Positions 19,878 through 29,048 of a stretch of DNA of 64,000 nucleotides are shown here, in pieces. The translations under genes and the position numbers were made by a program. The stretch comes from Fidelibacterota bacterium. GTDB taxonomy: Bacteria; Fidelibacterota; Marinisomatia; Marinisomatales; JABMOV01. The DNA lies in contig JBHHUC010000003.1 in assembly GCA_046861395.1 (NCBI GenBank), positions 6,381 through 70,380 on the forward strand. The letters are read 5' to 3'. The notes beneath the pieces are model-generated. The model ran no database searches and was not told the origin of the DNA. It was given only the letters and a program-made list of their open reading frames with translations. Every line of letters starts with the position of its first letter. Positions within the stretch are counted from its first letter, which is position 1.

Positions 19878-21310
19878 AAAAAATATTCCTCGTCACAATT
19901 CTTCTCATCCTCACCGGTTGTACCGTTCATCCCGTCTTTGATCCGGCCACCGGCCTGTTACCTCTGGTCCACCGGATCAATTCTGCCATCAAGGCCTCCG
20001 GACTGGAAACCAATATCGGAATTTCGGTACGGTCGGCCAGAACCGGCAAAACACTCTATGCCTATAATGATCGTCATCTTTTCAATCCGGCCAGTAATAA
20101 CAAGATATACACGGCCACGGCCGCTCTCCAGTTTCTGACGCCGGCCCATCGCTACCGTACCGGCCTCTACCTGCCACCGCAGCGGATGGCTTCCGATTCT
20201 CTCTCACGACTGACTCTGGTGGCGGCAGCCGATCCGGATTTCTATCCCCGGCACCTGGATTCCCTGGCAACAGTCCTGGCACAACATTTCAATGTTGTGG
20301 ATACGATCATGATTGATAATACGATTCTGGATACGGTTTATTATGGGAACGGCTGGATGTGGGACGAAGGCTCCGGCTGGTATTCGGCCCAGATCGATGG
20401 AATGATTTTCAATGACAATTGTGTTGATTTTCACGTTTCCAACGGGGAACCCGGGAGCCCGCCGGATATCACAATCATTCCCCCGACGCAATACATTCAG
20501 ATAGACAACAAGGCAGTTACGACCCACGACACGATAGATCTCGAGCCCTTTTCCATCCGGCGACACTGGTGGGAAGATAACAATAAGTTTGATGTCTGGG
20601 GGCACTTTTTCCGCACCGACAGCAATACGGCGGTGTATTACCGAAATATCCATGATCCGGCCCGATTCACGGGAACAGTCCTGAAAGAGATGTTAGAGGA
20701 AAAAGGCACTCTTGTCCGGGGACCGATCCTCGAACATTCTCTTTTCCCCGGTGATACGCTGTTTGCATATCATGAATCCGATTCCTTTCTGGTTTCCCTG
20801 GCAAACTTCCTGAAAGAAAGTGACAATCTGTCCGGTGAATCTTATCTGAAACTAATTGGCCATTATCAATCCGGGAATCCCGGATCATGGCCCGATGGAT
20901 TGCTGGCAACCAAATCCTTTTTGGCCGATTCCGTTGGTCTGGACACCAGTGCCTTTTCCTATGTGGACGGTTCGGGCATATCCCGCTATAATTATTCTGC
21001 CCCACGGCATTTCACACAATTGTTGTACTGGATCTATCAGCGACCAGGATTCAAACAATCCTTTTTGGCATCCCTGCCTGTAGGCGGATGGGATGGCACC
21101 CTGGAAAACCGTATGCAGACGGGACAGGAATCCCAATATGTCCATGCCAAGACGGGAACGTTATCCGGTGCAAGCTGTTTGTCGGGGTACATTCTGAAAC
21201 CGGGGAAAGAGCCGCTTGTTTTTTCCATCATGATGAATGGTTATGTGGACGAAGCCGGGCCCTACCGCGATCTGCAGGATGAAATCGTCAACATATTGTT
21301 ACAACGGTGA
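19874..21310 (+). CDS. dacB: D-alanyl-D-alanine carboxypeptidase/endopeptidase (PBP4, S13 family) lipoprotein
   Basis: Lipobox LILTGC. SxxK motif (PASNNK), KTGTL motif and DGSGIS. ATGA overlap with the M23 gene. Confidence 0.8.
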   Translation: MKKIFLVTILLILTGCTVHPVFDPATGLLPLVHRINSAIKASGLETNIGISVRSARTGKTLYAYNDRHLFNPASNNKIYTATAALQFLTPAHRYRTGLYLPPQRMASDSLSRLTLVAAADPDFYPRHLDSLATVLAQHFNVVDTIMIDNTILDTVYYGNGWMWDEGSGWYSAQIDGMIFNDNCVDFHVSNGEPGSPPDITIIPPTQYIQIDNKAVTTHDTIDLEPFSIRRHWWEDNNKFDVWGHFFRTDSNTAVYYRNIHDPARFTGTVLKEMLEEKGTLVRGPILEHSLFPGDTLFAYHESDSFLVSLANFLKESDNLSGESYLKLIGHYQSGNPGSWPDGLLATKSFLADSVGLDTSAFSYVDGSGISRYNYSAPRHFTQLLYWIYQRPGFKQSFLASLPVGGWDGTLENRMQTGQESQYVHAKTGTLSGASCLSGYILKPGKEPLVFSIMMNGYVDEAGPYRDLQDEIVNILLQR

Positions 21311-21314
21311 GGAC

Positions 21315-22253
21315 ATGGAAATCATGAAACCCAAAGCGATTCACAAAGGCGATACCATCGGCGTAGTCTGTCCGTCAAAATGGGCTCCCGAAGATCAGGT
21401 GTACGCTGTAAAGCAATTATTTGAAGAACAGGGATATCGTGTTGTGTTGGGAAAAACCCCCTTTTTACGGGAAAACCAATACGCCGGAACGCCCGAGGAA
21501 CGGGCTCGTGATATTGAAGCAATGTTTGCCAATCCCGAAATTGACGCCATTGTCTGTGCCCGGGGCGGTTACGGGGCCAATCGTGTCATTCCCTTACTCA
21601 ATTATGATTTGATCCGGGACAATCCGAAAATCTTCATGGGATACAGTGATATTACTGCCCTGATTCATTCCATCCGGCAACGGTCGGGATTCATCACATT
21701 TCACGGTCCTATGTTTGTCACCTATAAAAACGGATTCATCTCTTATAACTGGAATATCTGGGAAGCCGTGATCAGCGGAAAAGCTCCTCTGCGGATGGAA
21801 AATCCCCATGAATTGAAACCCCATATTCTGAAGCCGGGATCGGCGGAAGGTATGCTCTCCGGAGGAAACCTGACTCTGATCAACAATCGCCTGGGAACGC
21901 CGGAACAGATCGATTTCCGTGATACGATTCTATTCCTGGAAGATATTGACGAATATTTATATGCCTTTGACCGTTATCTGGTCCATTTACGCCAATCAGG
22001 CACGGTTGAATCCATCCGGGCTTTGATCGTGGGTGAACTGGTAGATATGAAGGATGATTCCATTCCCTTCGGGAAATCAACGGACGAAATCATTATGGAT
22101 GTTTTCGGAGACTTGAACATTCCCATCGTTTCCAACGTCGCCTGCGGTCACGGTGCTTATCAAATGACATTACCGGTTATACTGCCGGCAGAACTGAGTG
22201 TCACTTCAGATTCATTTGTCCTGACACTTCCCCAAGCTGCGGTTCGTCCTTAG
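21315..22253 (+). CDS. ldcA: LD-carboxypeptidase (S66, muramoyltetrapeptide carboxypeptidase)
   Basis: MEIMKPKAIHKGDTIGVVCPS start, and ARGGYG, GYSDITAL and EDIDE motifs typical of LdcA. The ATG at 21315 follows GGTGAGGA. The supplied ORF starts at 21237 inside dacB. Confidence 0.8.
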   Translation: MEIMKPKAIHKGDTIGVVCPSKWAPEDQVYAVKQLFEEQGYRVVLGKTPFLRENQYAGTPEERARDIEAMFANPEIDAIVCARGGYGANRVIPLLNYDLIRDNPKIFMGYSDITALIHSIRQRSGFITFHGPMFVTYKNGFISYNWNIWEAVISGKAPLRMENPHELKPHILKPGSAEGMLSGGNLTLINNRLGTPEQIDFRDTILFLEDIDEYLYAFDRYLVHLRQSGTVESIRALIVGELVDMKDDSIPFGKSTDEIIMDVFGDLNIPIVSNVACGHGAYQMTLPVILPAELSVTSDSFVLTLPQAAVRP

Positions 22254-23287
22254 ATTGCCGCCAGGAGTCTTTGGATTTGAACGTGGTCCTCAACCAGTTC
22301 ATTCAGCAGCTTCAGTTTATCATCATCTCCGGGACGGGTGACAGAAACCAGGTGTTCCACCCTTTTCGCCGCATTATAGGTATCATTCGGGACCAGGATC
22401 AGCGGAATATTGTTGGCCGATGCTTTGGCAATGATATTTGCCGGTGGAAGCAAATCATTGGTGAGAATGACACCGGCGCTTCCCGTTTCAATCGCCGCCA
22501 AAATCATGTCACTGCGATCACCGCTGGTAATAATCAGTTTTCCTGGTTTGCGGAATGATTGCATTCGCATGACCGAATCACCTGACATGGCACCCACAAA
22601 CACTTTCGCCACCCTGTTCTGCATCCCATTTGTCCCGGCTATGACACGGGCGTGTAATAATTCCAGGATGGTGCTTATCGTGGGTCGATTCAGATGATCG
22701 TTTCGGGGAATCATGCCCCATACCGGTAGGGAGAAATTGTTTAATTCCTGCTGAAATTTCTCTCTGAACTGGTCTTTATGGTGAATTTTATTTACAACCA
22801 GCCCCAGCAGTTGGGTATCAAGACGGGAATTCAGCAGATCAAGATAATCCATATCATCGATAATCTGGTCGGCTGTTCCACTGGTGACAAGTATAATTCC
22901 GGCTTCGAGAGTATGGCTGAGTGAAATGGCATCCAGTCCCAGGGATCGTCCGGTGGCCAGAAATCCGCCTGTTTCGATTATGACCATATCGCGATCCTCA
23001 AACCGGGTCATTTGTTCTTGAATCTTCCGGATGACCGTTTTCGGCGTATAATCAAGCCGCAATTTGGAATGGTCGAAACCGATGGACAAGGCGCCAGGTT
23101 CAGTCTGCAATCCCATCAGCGACACCATCAATTCGGCATCATAATCCCACATTTGCTTATCATGGTAGAATAATCGATCACCAAAGGGTTTTAGATACCC
23201 TACGCGGCCCAAATGCGCACCCAGGCCTGCAATAAAACTGGTTTTCCCCGAATTGGGATAAAGGGAAGCAATAATCAATTTCTTCAT
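22250..23287 (-). CDS. P-loop (BioD/CobQ-like) + DRTGG domain protein resembling the N-terminal half of long phosphotransacetylases
   Basis: 345 aa. P-loop-like YPNSGKTS, then LIITSGDRSDMILAAIETGSAGVILTNDLLP...IPLILVPNDTYNAAKRV (DRTGG pattern). No PTA catalytic domain. 4-nt overlap with the upstream ACD gene. Confidence 0.7.
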   Translation of the reverse strand: MKKLIIASLYPNSGKTSFIAGLGAHLGRVGYLKPFGDRLFYHDKQMWDYDAELMVSLMGLQTEPGALSIGFDHSKLRLDYTPKTVIRKIQEQMTRFEDRDMVIIETGGFLATGRSLGLDAISLSHTLEAGIILVTSGTADQIIDDMDYLDLLNSRLDTQLLGLVVNKIHHKDQFREKFQQELNNFSLPVWGMIPRNDHLNRPTISTILELLHARVIAGTNGMQNRVAKVFVGAMSGDSVMRMQSFRKPGKLIITSGDRSDMILAAIETGSAGVILTNDLLPPANIIAKASANNIPLILVPNDTYNAAKRVEHLVSVTRPGDDDKLKLLNELVEDHVQIQRLLAAI

Positions 23288-25410
23288 TTGACACCTTCCT
23301 CGTTTAGGACAATACGAACATCCACCGCTTTGACACCCTGACCTTCATCATAGACGACCAGGGGATTAATTTCAATATCACTGATGCGCGGATCGGCGTT
23401 AAATATCGTAATAATCCGCTTCATCGCCGACACAATGGCCGGAATATCCTTGCGCTTCTGTCCCCGCACTCCCAGGAGCAGAGCATAAGCCCGGACATGC
23501 TTGATCATGGCGTAGAGGGTTTCATCGGATACCGGCAGGGCCCGGAAGACAACATCTTTCATGACTTCGACGTATATCCCGCCCAGGCCGAACATAATGA
23601 TAGGACCGAACGTCGGGTCTTTCCGTACGCCGATTATGACTTCGGTCCCAGGAGCAATCTGTTCATCCAGTTCAATGCCCTGGATAACGGCATTTGGGCG
23701 GTGAGATTTACATTTTCGCATGATTATCTGCCAGCCATTGGCAACATCTTCGGAATGATTGATATTTAACAGAACACCGCCCACATCACTTTTATGCAGA
23801 ATATCCTCTGAAACCACTTTCATCACGATGGGATATCCCATGGTTTCGGCCACCCGAATGGCTTCCGGCAAAGATGATAGCACAGCACTCTGAGGTCGTG
23901 GTATTCCCACTTCATCCAGAACGGCCTGTCCTTCATTGGCCAGGAGAAACGTCCGGTCTTCACGCCGTGCGTGGGAAATAATAGATTCGATAACGTGATT
24001 TGATTTCTTCTTGACAAACGATTGTACCGGTCGATTGACCGTATGAAAAAAGTGATAGATGGCCCCCAGGCTCGATACGGCCTGATAAACTTCACCGAAA
24101 ACTGGAATATTCCGCTGCGTCAGAAGATCAATGCTTTGCTCAGTCTTCTCCCCGCCAAACATGGCAAAAATAATGGGCATGTTTTGTTTCATATACTCCG
24201 AATAAATGGAAGCAATCATCCGGCTTAACCGTTCCGCTGACATCATGGCCGTTTCACAATACAGCGCAATGACGGAATGGATTTTATCGTCCTCCAGGGC
24301 GCGTAACAGTGCTTTGCGGTAGTCTTCTTCCGTCGCCTCCCCTGTCAGATCCACCGGATTCTTCGTCGATCCGAATCCATGTACGACATCCTGGAATATT
24401 TCTCTGAGCCGGCTGAAATCCTCGTAGAGATGCACATGATATTTTTCACAGGCATCCGTTGCCAAGACACCGACACCGCCACCATTCGTAATAATAACGG
24501 TCCCCGGTCCCTGCGGCAGCGGAGTCTGGGAAAAAACCCGGCTCCAGTCCAGTGCTTCCTGTACATTTTCGGCTCTCAGAACACCAACCTGATCCATGAT
24601 GGCGCTGAATATTTCATCCGAGCCAGCCAAAGACCCGGTATGGGATGCCGCCGCAATGGCACCACGGCGGGAACGGCCTGATTTAATCACAATGACTGGT
24701 TTTATCCGGGTCGCTTTGCGTAGTTGAGTGATGAGGCGATGGCCATCGTGTATTCCCTCGATATACATGAGAATGACACGCGTTAAATCATCTGTCACTA
24801 AATATTCCAGCAGATCACTTTCATCCAGGTCCGATTTATTGCCGACACTGATAATGGCACTCAATCCAATATTCTGGATGGCCGTTTTCCCAATCATGGC
24901 TACACCCAGGGCGCCGCTCTGGGTAATAATGGCTACCGAACCCGGTTTAATATCCCGCGGACCGAAGGAGGCATTCAGGTTGACGCCATGAGAATAATGT
25001 CCGAAAATATTGGGCCCCAGAATTCGCATCCCGTATTCATGGGCCAGAGATACCAGCTCTCGTTCCCGGTCCAGCTCTCCCACCTCGGAAAACCCCGAAC
25101 TGATAACAGTCAAATACTGCACACCCCTTTCCCCGCAATGACTGGCGGCTTCAGCTACGCGCATAGCCGGTACAATAATGACGGCAACATCCGGTGTTTC
25201 CGGTAAATCATGAATCGACGAATAGATGGGTAACCCAAGAATTTCTCCTCCCTTGGGATTGACCGGATAGATTTTTCCCTCGTAGCCCCCGGCAATAATA
25301 TTATCGATGACCTTATACCCGATTTTCCCGGCTGATGTTGACGCACCGATAATGGCAATGGATTGAGGATTGAATAAGGTCCGAATGGGCGGTGGTTCGC
25401 AGGCAGGCAT
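23284..25410 (-). CDS. acetyl-CoA synthetase (ADP-forming) / NDP-forming acyl-CoA synthetase, fused alpha-beta
   Basis: 708 aa. LFNPQSIAIIGAS...GKIGY CoA-binding N-terminus, a succinyl-CoA-synthetase-like flavodoxin region (SHTGSLAG) and a C-terminal ATP-grasp domain. Confidence 0.85.
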   Translation of the reverse strand: MPACEPPPIRTLFNPQSIAIIGASTSAGKIGYKVIDNIIAGGYEGKIYPVNPKGGEILGLPIYSSIHDLPETPDVAVIIVPAMRVAEAASHCGERGVQYLTVISSGFSEVGELDRERELVSLAHEYGMRILGPNIFGHYSHGVNLNASFGPRDIKPGSVAIITQSGALGVAMIGKTAIQNIGLSAIISVGNKSDLDESDLLEYLVTDDLTRVILMYIEGIHDGHRLITQLRKATRIKPVIVIKSGRSRRGAIAAASHTGSLAGSDEIFSAIMDQVGVLRAENVQEALDWSRVFSQTPLPQGPGTVIITNGGGVGVLATDACEKYHVHLYEDFSRLREIFQDVVHGFGSTKNPVDLTGEATEEDYRKALLRALEDDKIHSVIALYCETAMMSAERLSRMIASIYSEYMKQNMPIIFAMFGGEKTEQSIDLLTQRNIPVFGEVYQAVSSLGAIYHFFHTVNRPVQSFVKKKSNHVIESIISHARREDRTFLLANEGQAVLDEVGIPRPQSAVLSSLPEAIRVAETMGYPIVMKVVSEDILHKSDVGGVLLNINHSEDVANGWQIIMRKCKSHRPNAVIQGIELDEQIAPGTEVIIGVRKDPTFGPIIMFGLGGIYVEVMKDVVFRALPVSDETLYAMIKHVRAYALLLGVRGQKRKDIPAIVSAMKRIITIFNADPRISDIEINPLVVYDEGQGVKAVDVRIVLNEEGVK

Positions 25411-25536
25411 TGATTTTTCTTATGACTAATGATGAGAACTAAAGGTAAAAGTTACTGAGTTTAGGGTAATGTTTCTATGTTTCCATTTTGATTTCTACCG
25501 GCATTACATTTACTTTACTTTCTTTATCTGGGAGGT

Positions 25537-26139
25537 ATGATGCTGAATTACATCTGGCTGGGAATGGTTATCATTGCCGTGGTGGTTGGGTCATTTACAG
25601 GGAATATTGATGCAGTCACCCAGGCGGCAATTGATATGTCAAAAACAGCCGTTACCATTGCCATTGGTTTAATCGGAATTATGGCTTTATGGCTGGGAGT
25701 CATGAAAATCGCCGAGGAATCCGGGTTGATAAGATTGATCGCACTGGGACTCAAACCAATTACGGTACGGTTATTTCCGGATGTACCGCCGGATCATCCT
25801 GCCATGGGATCGATTATCTTGAATATGGCAGCCAATATCCTGGGGCTTGGTAATGCAGCCACACCGCTGGGCCTCAAGGCGATGGAAGAATTGCAGGAAT
25901 TAAACGACGATAAGGAAACAGCATCGAATGCCATGATCACTTTCCTGGCGATTAATACCTCCAGTGTTCAGTTGATACTACCAGCCACGGTCATTGGACT
26001 GATGGGGACCGTAGCCAATCAAATATTTATTACCACCATTGTGGCTACCAGTATTTCTACAATCGTAGCGATTACAGCGGTCAAGTTCCTGGAAAAACGC
26101 AAACGATTCTCGTACCGGAAGGAAGAAGGGTCGATATGA
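25537..26139 (+). CDS. nucleoside-recognition (Gate) domain membrane protein, SpmA-like
   Basis: 200 aa, hydrophobic. MLNYIWLGMVIIA N-terminus and a LGNAATPLGLKAM motif as in SpmA-type proteins. Confidence 0.75.
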   Translation: MMLNYIWLGMVIIAVVVGSFTGNIDAVTQAAIDMSKTAVTIAIGLIGIMALWLGVMKIAEESGLIRLIALGLKPITVRLFPDVPPDHPAMGSIILNMAANILGLGNAATPLGLKAMEELQELNDDKETASNAMITFLAINTSSVQLILPATVIGLMGTVANQIFITTIVATSISTIVAITAVKFLEKRKRFSYRKEEGSI

Positions 26140-26681
26140 TAGATACCATCGTAGCGATTTTGAACGAAGGCTCCAAGTATATTATTCCCTTGTTGATCAC
26201 CGGAATTCCCGCTTATGGATTATGGGTGAAGAAGGTAAAAGTCTATGAAGTCTTTGTCGAAGGGGCCAAAGACGGATTCACCATTGCCGTACGTATCATT
26301 CCCTATCTCGTGGCCATCCTGGTGGCCATCGGAATGTTTCGTGCTTCCGGTGCCCTTGATCTCATGCTGAAAGGTCTGGCTCCTTTCCTTAATCTCATTG
26401 GATTCCCACCGGAAAACCTTCCGCTGGCCCTCATGCGTCCCTTGTCAGGAAGTGGATCTCTGGGATTGTTGACTGACCTGGTAAACGAATACGGAGCCGA
26501 CTCCCTGTTTGCCAAAATAGGAGCCACCATGTTCGGCTCGACCGAAACAACCTTCTACGTTCTGGCTGTTTATTTCGGTTCGGTAGGTATTAAGAAAACA
26601 AGACACGCATTACCGGCGGGATTACTGGCCGACCTGGCCGGTGTCCTGGCTGCTGTCTATATATGTAAACTTCTGTTTTAA
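26136..26681 (+). CDS. nucleoside-recognition domain membrane protein, SpmB-like
   Basis: 181 aa membrane protein with LMRPLSGSGSLG and TETTFYVLAVYFG motifs. 4-nt overlap with the SpmA-like gene. Confidence 0.75.
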   Translation: MIDTIVAILNEGSKYIIPLLITGIPAYGLWVKKVKVYEVFVEGAKDGFTIAVRIIPYLVAILVAIGMFRASGALDLMLKGLAPFLNLIGFPPENLPLALMRPLSGSGSLGLLTDLVNEYGADSLFAKIGATMFGSTETTFYVLAVYFGSVGIKKTRHALPAGLLADLAGVLAAVYICKLLF

Positions 26682-26684
26682 CCG

Positions 26685-29012
26685 CTATCCGGGAGTAATC
26701 TGGCCTTCCATGGATTTCTCCAGCCGTTGCGCCGTATCCAGAAATTCTGCCACGGTCAATTGCCGGATGAAAATAACGCCATGGGCGGCCCGTAATCGCG
26801 GATGTTCATTCCGGTACCAGAAATCGCGCCCCAAAATCAATTCCATCAACTGATGTTGCTCCACCCATATCTTTTGGGTAAGATCGCAAAACGGACCGTC
26901 CAGTTCATAGCTGGGATAGGAGGCATCTTTTTGACTCAGATAACAACTCATAAAGGTATCACGCATCACGGACATGGAATTCAGCGAAACGGGAACAATG
27001 ATATCGGCCTCTGAGGGATCAAAGCGATACCAGACATTACGATAACCCCAGATTTTCACCTGAGAAAGATCTTTCTCCTTTTGCCAGGAACGAAGTGCTT
27101 CGGCAATCGTCTGCAATACTTTGTAATGCGTATCGGGTCCGCTGCCTTCCGGATCCATGGCCAGGGTTATGACCGTAGGATTGACTTCGCGTAACAGATC
27201 CAGTACAGGTGAAACATCACGCTGTTTCTGCGGATTTTCCGTAAAGATATCGCCGGTATAGAACCCCAGTCGCAAATGATGAACATCCTTAACCTGAACG
27301 CCATAATGGGCCCACACCAGTTCTTCCTCAAATTCGCGGATCATACCCTTAAGACGCTGGACATCCGGCGTATTTTTCTCACCGTCATAACAACGATCGA
27401 GATAATTAATTACTTCCGTGATCTGATTTTCCGTTTCCTCAATGGTTCGGGTTCCGTAAATGTCCACAACAGCCCGGACCAGCCGGTGGCACAAGCCCCG
27501 CAACTGACCCTCGAAGTTCTTCGATGCAATCCGGTCCAGATAGTGATACACATCCTTGTCCTGCTTTTTCCCATATCCCGTCGTAAAAAAGTTGGGATAG
27601 CGCATCATTTGAATTTGTCCGGTACGGATAAATGATACTGTTTTCTCCAGTATTTTTTTTACATAATGATTTGTTACCGACGTAAATCCCGATGTCATAT
27701 TCACAAAGATGTTTTGATTGTCCGGCGAACGCACCAGGTGAATAACATGGGGTAAATACCCCAACATGATATCATCATGATGGGGGCCGGTATGCAGGAA
27801 TGTTTCATTGGAATAAGGTTTGATACCCAGGGCAATCTTTTCCCGGAAAGAGGTCAGGATGGAATCAATGACCGTGGGTGAAATATCCGGTATTTTCTGT
27901 CCCACCGGGTGCGAACGTAATTGTTCGGGATTCAATTTTGTCCCAAAGGAATGTAAATCCTGACAAACCTGGATGAATACTTTTTCAATCATTTTACGAG
28001 ACCAGGGCGCGGTGTTGACTTCCAGGGATCTGGAGTCCGTCAGAGCTGTGGCAGCGCCGCCGGTCAGGTAGAAACGTCCGTTTTCCAATCGCTGCAGAAC
28101 ACTGCCGGGGTATTTATTCTGCAGTGGATGTTCCAAAGCGTTTTTAACAATGGGGGCCTTGGCCTCTCCGGCAGCAATTATAATCGCGGTTGCATCTGGA
28201 TTGGCGGTAATGGTTTGCAGTCCGATGGTAATGACGAGGCGATTCCGTGATATTTCAATTCCCCCCAAATCTGTTGCAGCAGCGGCCTGGGTCTCAAAAT
28301 TGGTTTCGGTCAGACGGGTTGTGGAATGAACATCCGACCCTTTCACATTGAAGGCAATATGACCGTCGGGACCGATACCGCCTAGGAAAAAGCCAATGCC
28401 GCCCAGGTCCTGAATCCGGGATTCATATTCACTACACCATTGATCCACGAGGAAAATGGTTTCCTGCTGAATTTCTTCCAAGGAATTCCTGGGAGTTCGC
28501 ACTCTCAGGCTTAAATCAACATGATGATCCGGAAAAATGTCCAGCAAGGAATAGCCGGCCGGTGTAGGCAATTCATCACAGTCGATCAGGAGGGCCTTTG
28601 TTGCATCAAGTCCGAAACCGCGTATATAAAAACGCTGATCATAGTTATAGAAACTATTGTGCTGCTCCGGATTGATGGGATAGAATTCATCAATTTGAAC
28701 AAATCGTAGACTGGATAATTCAGGTTTATTGCCGGAATGAAAGCCGGATGATTCCCGTAACTCCGCCAAGCGGGGATTATCCCATTCTGACAGTAAATAC
28801 TGCACCCATTTAATGAAATATTCCGGTGTTTTCCCGGTAGGCAAACTAATCACACCTTCCGGATTTTCCGTGACCCACTCCAGGAAACGCAGCGCTGTCA
28901 GGAAGCCAAGTTGGGGAAAATTGTTGACTACAATGTAGGGTATCCGGGTCATGGGTGCCGGACGCCCTGACATCTGAAAAAATGTTTTTTCCACTGATGA
29001 TGTAAAATGCAT
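26685..29012 (-). CDS. fusion protein: glucosamine-6-phosphate deaminase/isomerase-like (NagB fold) N-terminal half + PIG-L/LmbE-like deacetylase C-terminal half
   Basis: 775 aa. NagB-type motifs in the N-terminal half: LPTGKTP, QIDEFYPI, GIGPDGHIAFN. PIG-L-like motif TGPHHDDIMLGY in the C-terminal half. Confidence 0.7.
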   Translation of the reverse strand: MHFTSSVEKTFFQMSGRPAPMTRIPYIVVNNFPQLGFLTALRFLEWVTENPEGVISLPTGKTPEYFIKWVQYLLSEWDNPRLAELRESSGFHSGNKPELSSLRFVQIDEFYPINPEQHNSFYNYDQRFYIRGFGLDATKALLIDCDELPTPAGYSLLDIFPDHHVDLSLRVRTPRNSLEEIQQETIFLVDQWCSEYESRIQDLGGIGFFLGGIGPDGHIAFNVKGSDVHSTTRLTETNFETQAAAATDLGGIEISRNRLVITIGLQTITANPDATAIIIAAGEAKAPIVKNALEHPLQNKYPGSVLQRLENGRFYLTGGAATALTDSRSLEVNTAPWSRKMIEKVFIQVCQDLHSFGTKLNPEQLRSHPVGQKIPDISPTVIDSILTSFREKIALGIKPYSNETFLHTGPHHDDIMLGYLPHVIHLVRSPDNQNIFVNMTSGFTSVTNHYVKKILEKTVSFIRTGQIQMMRYPNFFTTGYGKKQDKDVYHYLDRIASKNFEGQLRGLCHRLVRAVVDIYGTRTIEETENQITEVINYLDRCYDGEKNTPDVQRLKGMIREFEEELVWAHYGVQVKDVHHLRLGFYTGDIFTENPQKQRDVSPVLDLLREVNPTVITLAMDPEGSGPDTHYKVLQTIAEALRSWQKEKDLSQVKIWGYRNVWYRFDPSEADIIVPVSLNSMSVMRDTFMSCYLSQKDASYPSYELDGPFCDLTQKIWVEQHQLMELILGRDFWYRNEHPRLRAAHGVIFIRQLTVAEFLDTAQRLEKSMEGQITPG

Positions 29013-29048
29013 AGTTTAAATTAAATCAAATATTCAATGCTATTCCGC

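Noticed and set aside
25537-26681. 'Spore maturation protein A/B' as evidence of sporulation
   Set aside because: The name derives from Bacillus. These are widespread nucleoside-recognition (Gate) domain membrane proteins. Nothing else in the window suggests an endospore former, and the T9SS and TBDR content indicates a diderm.
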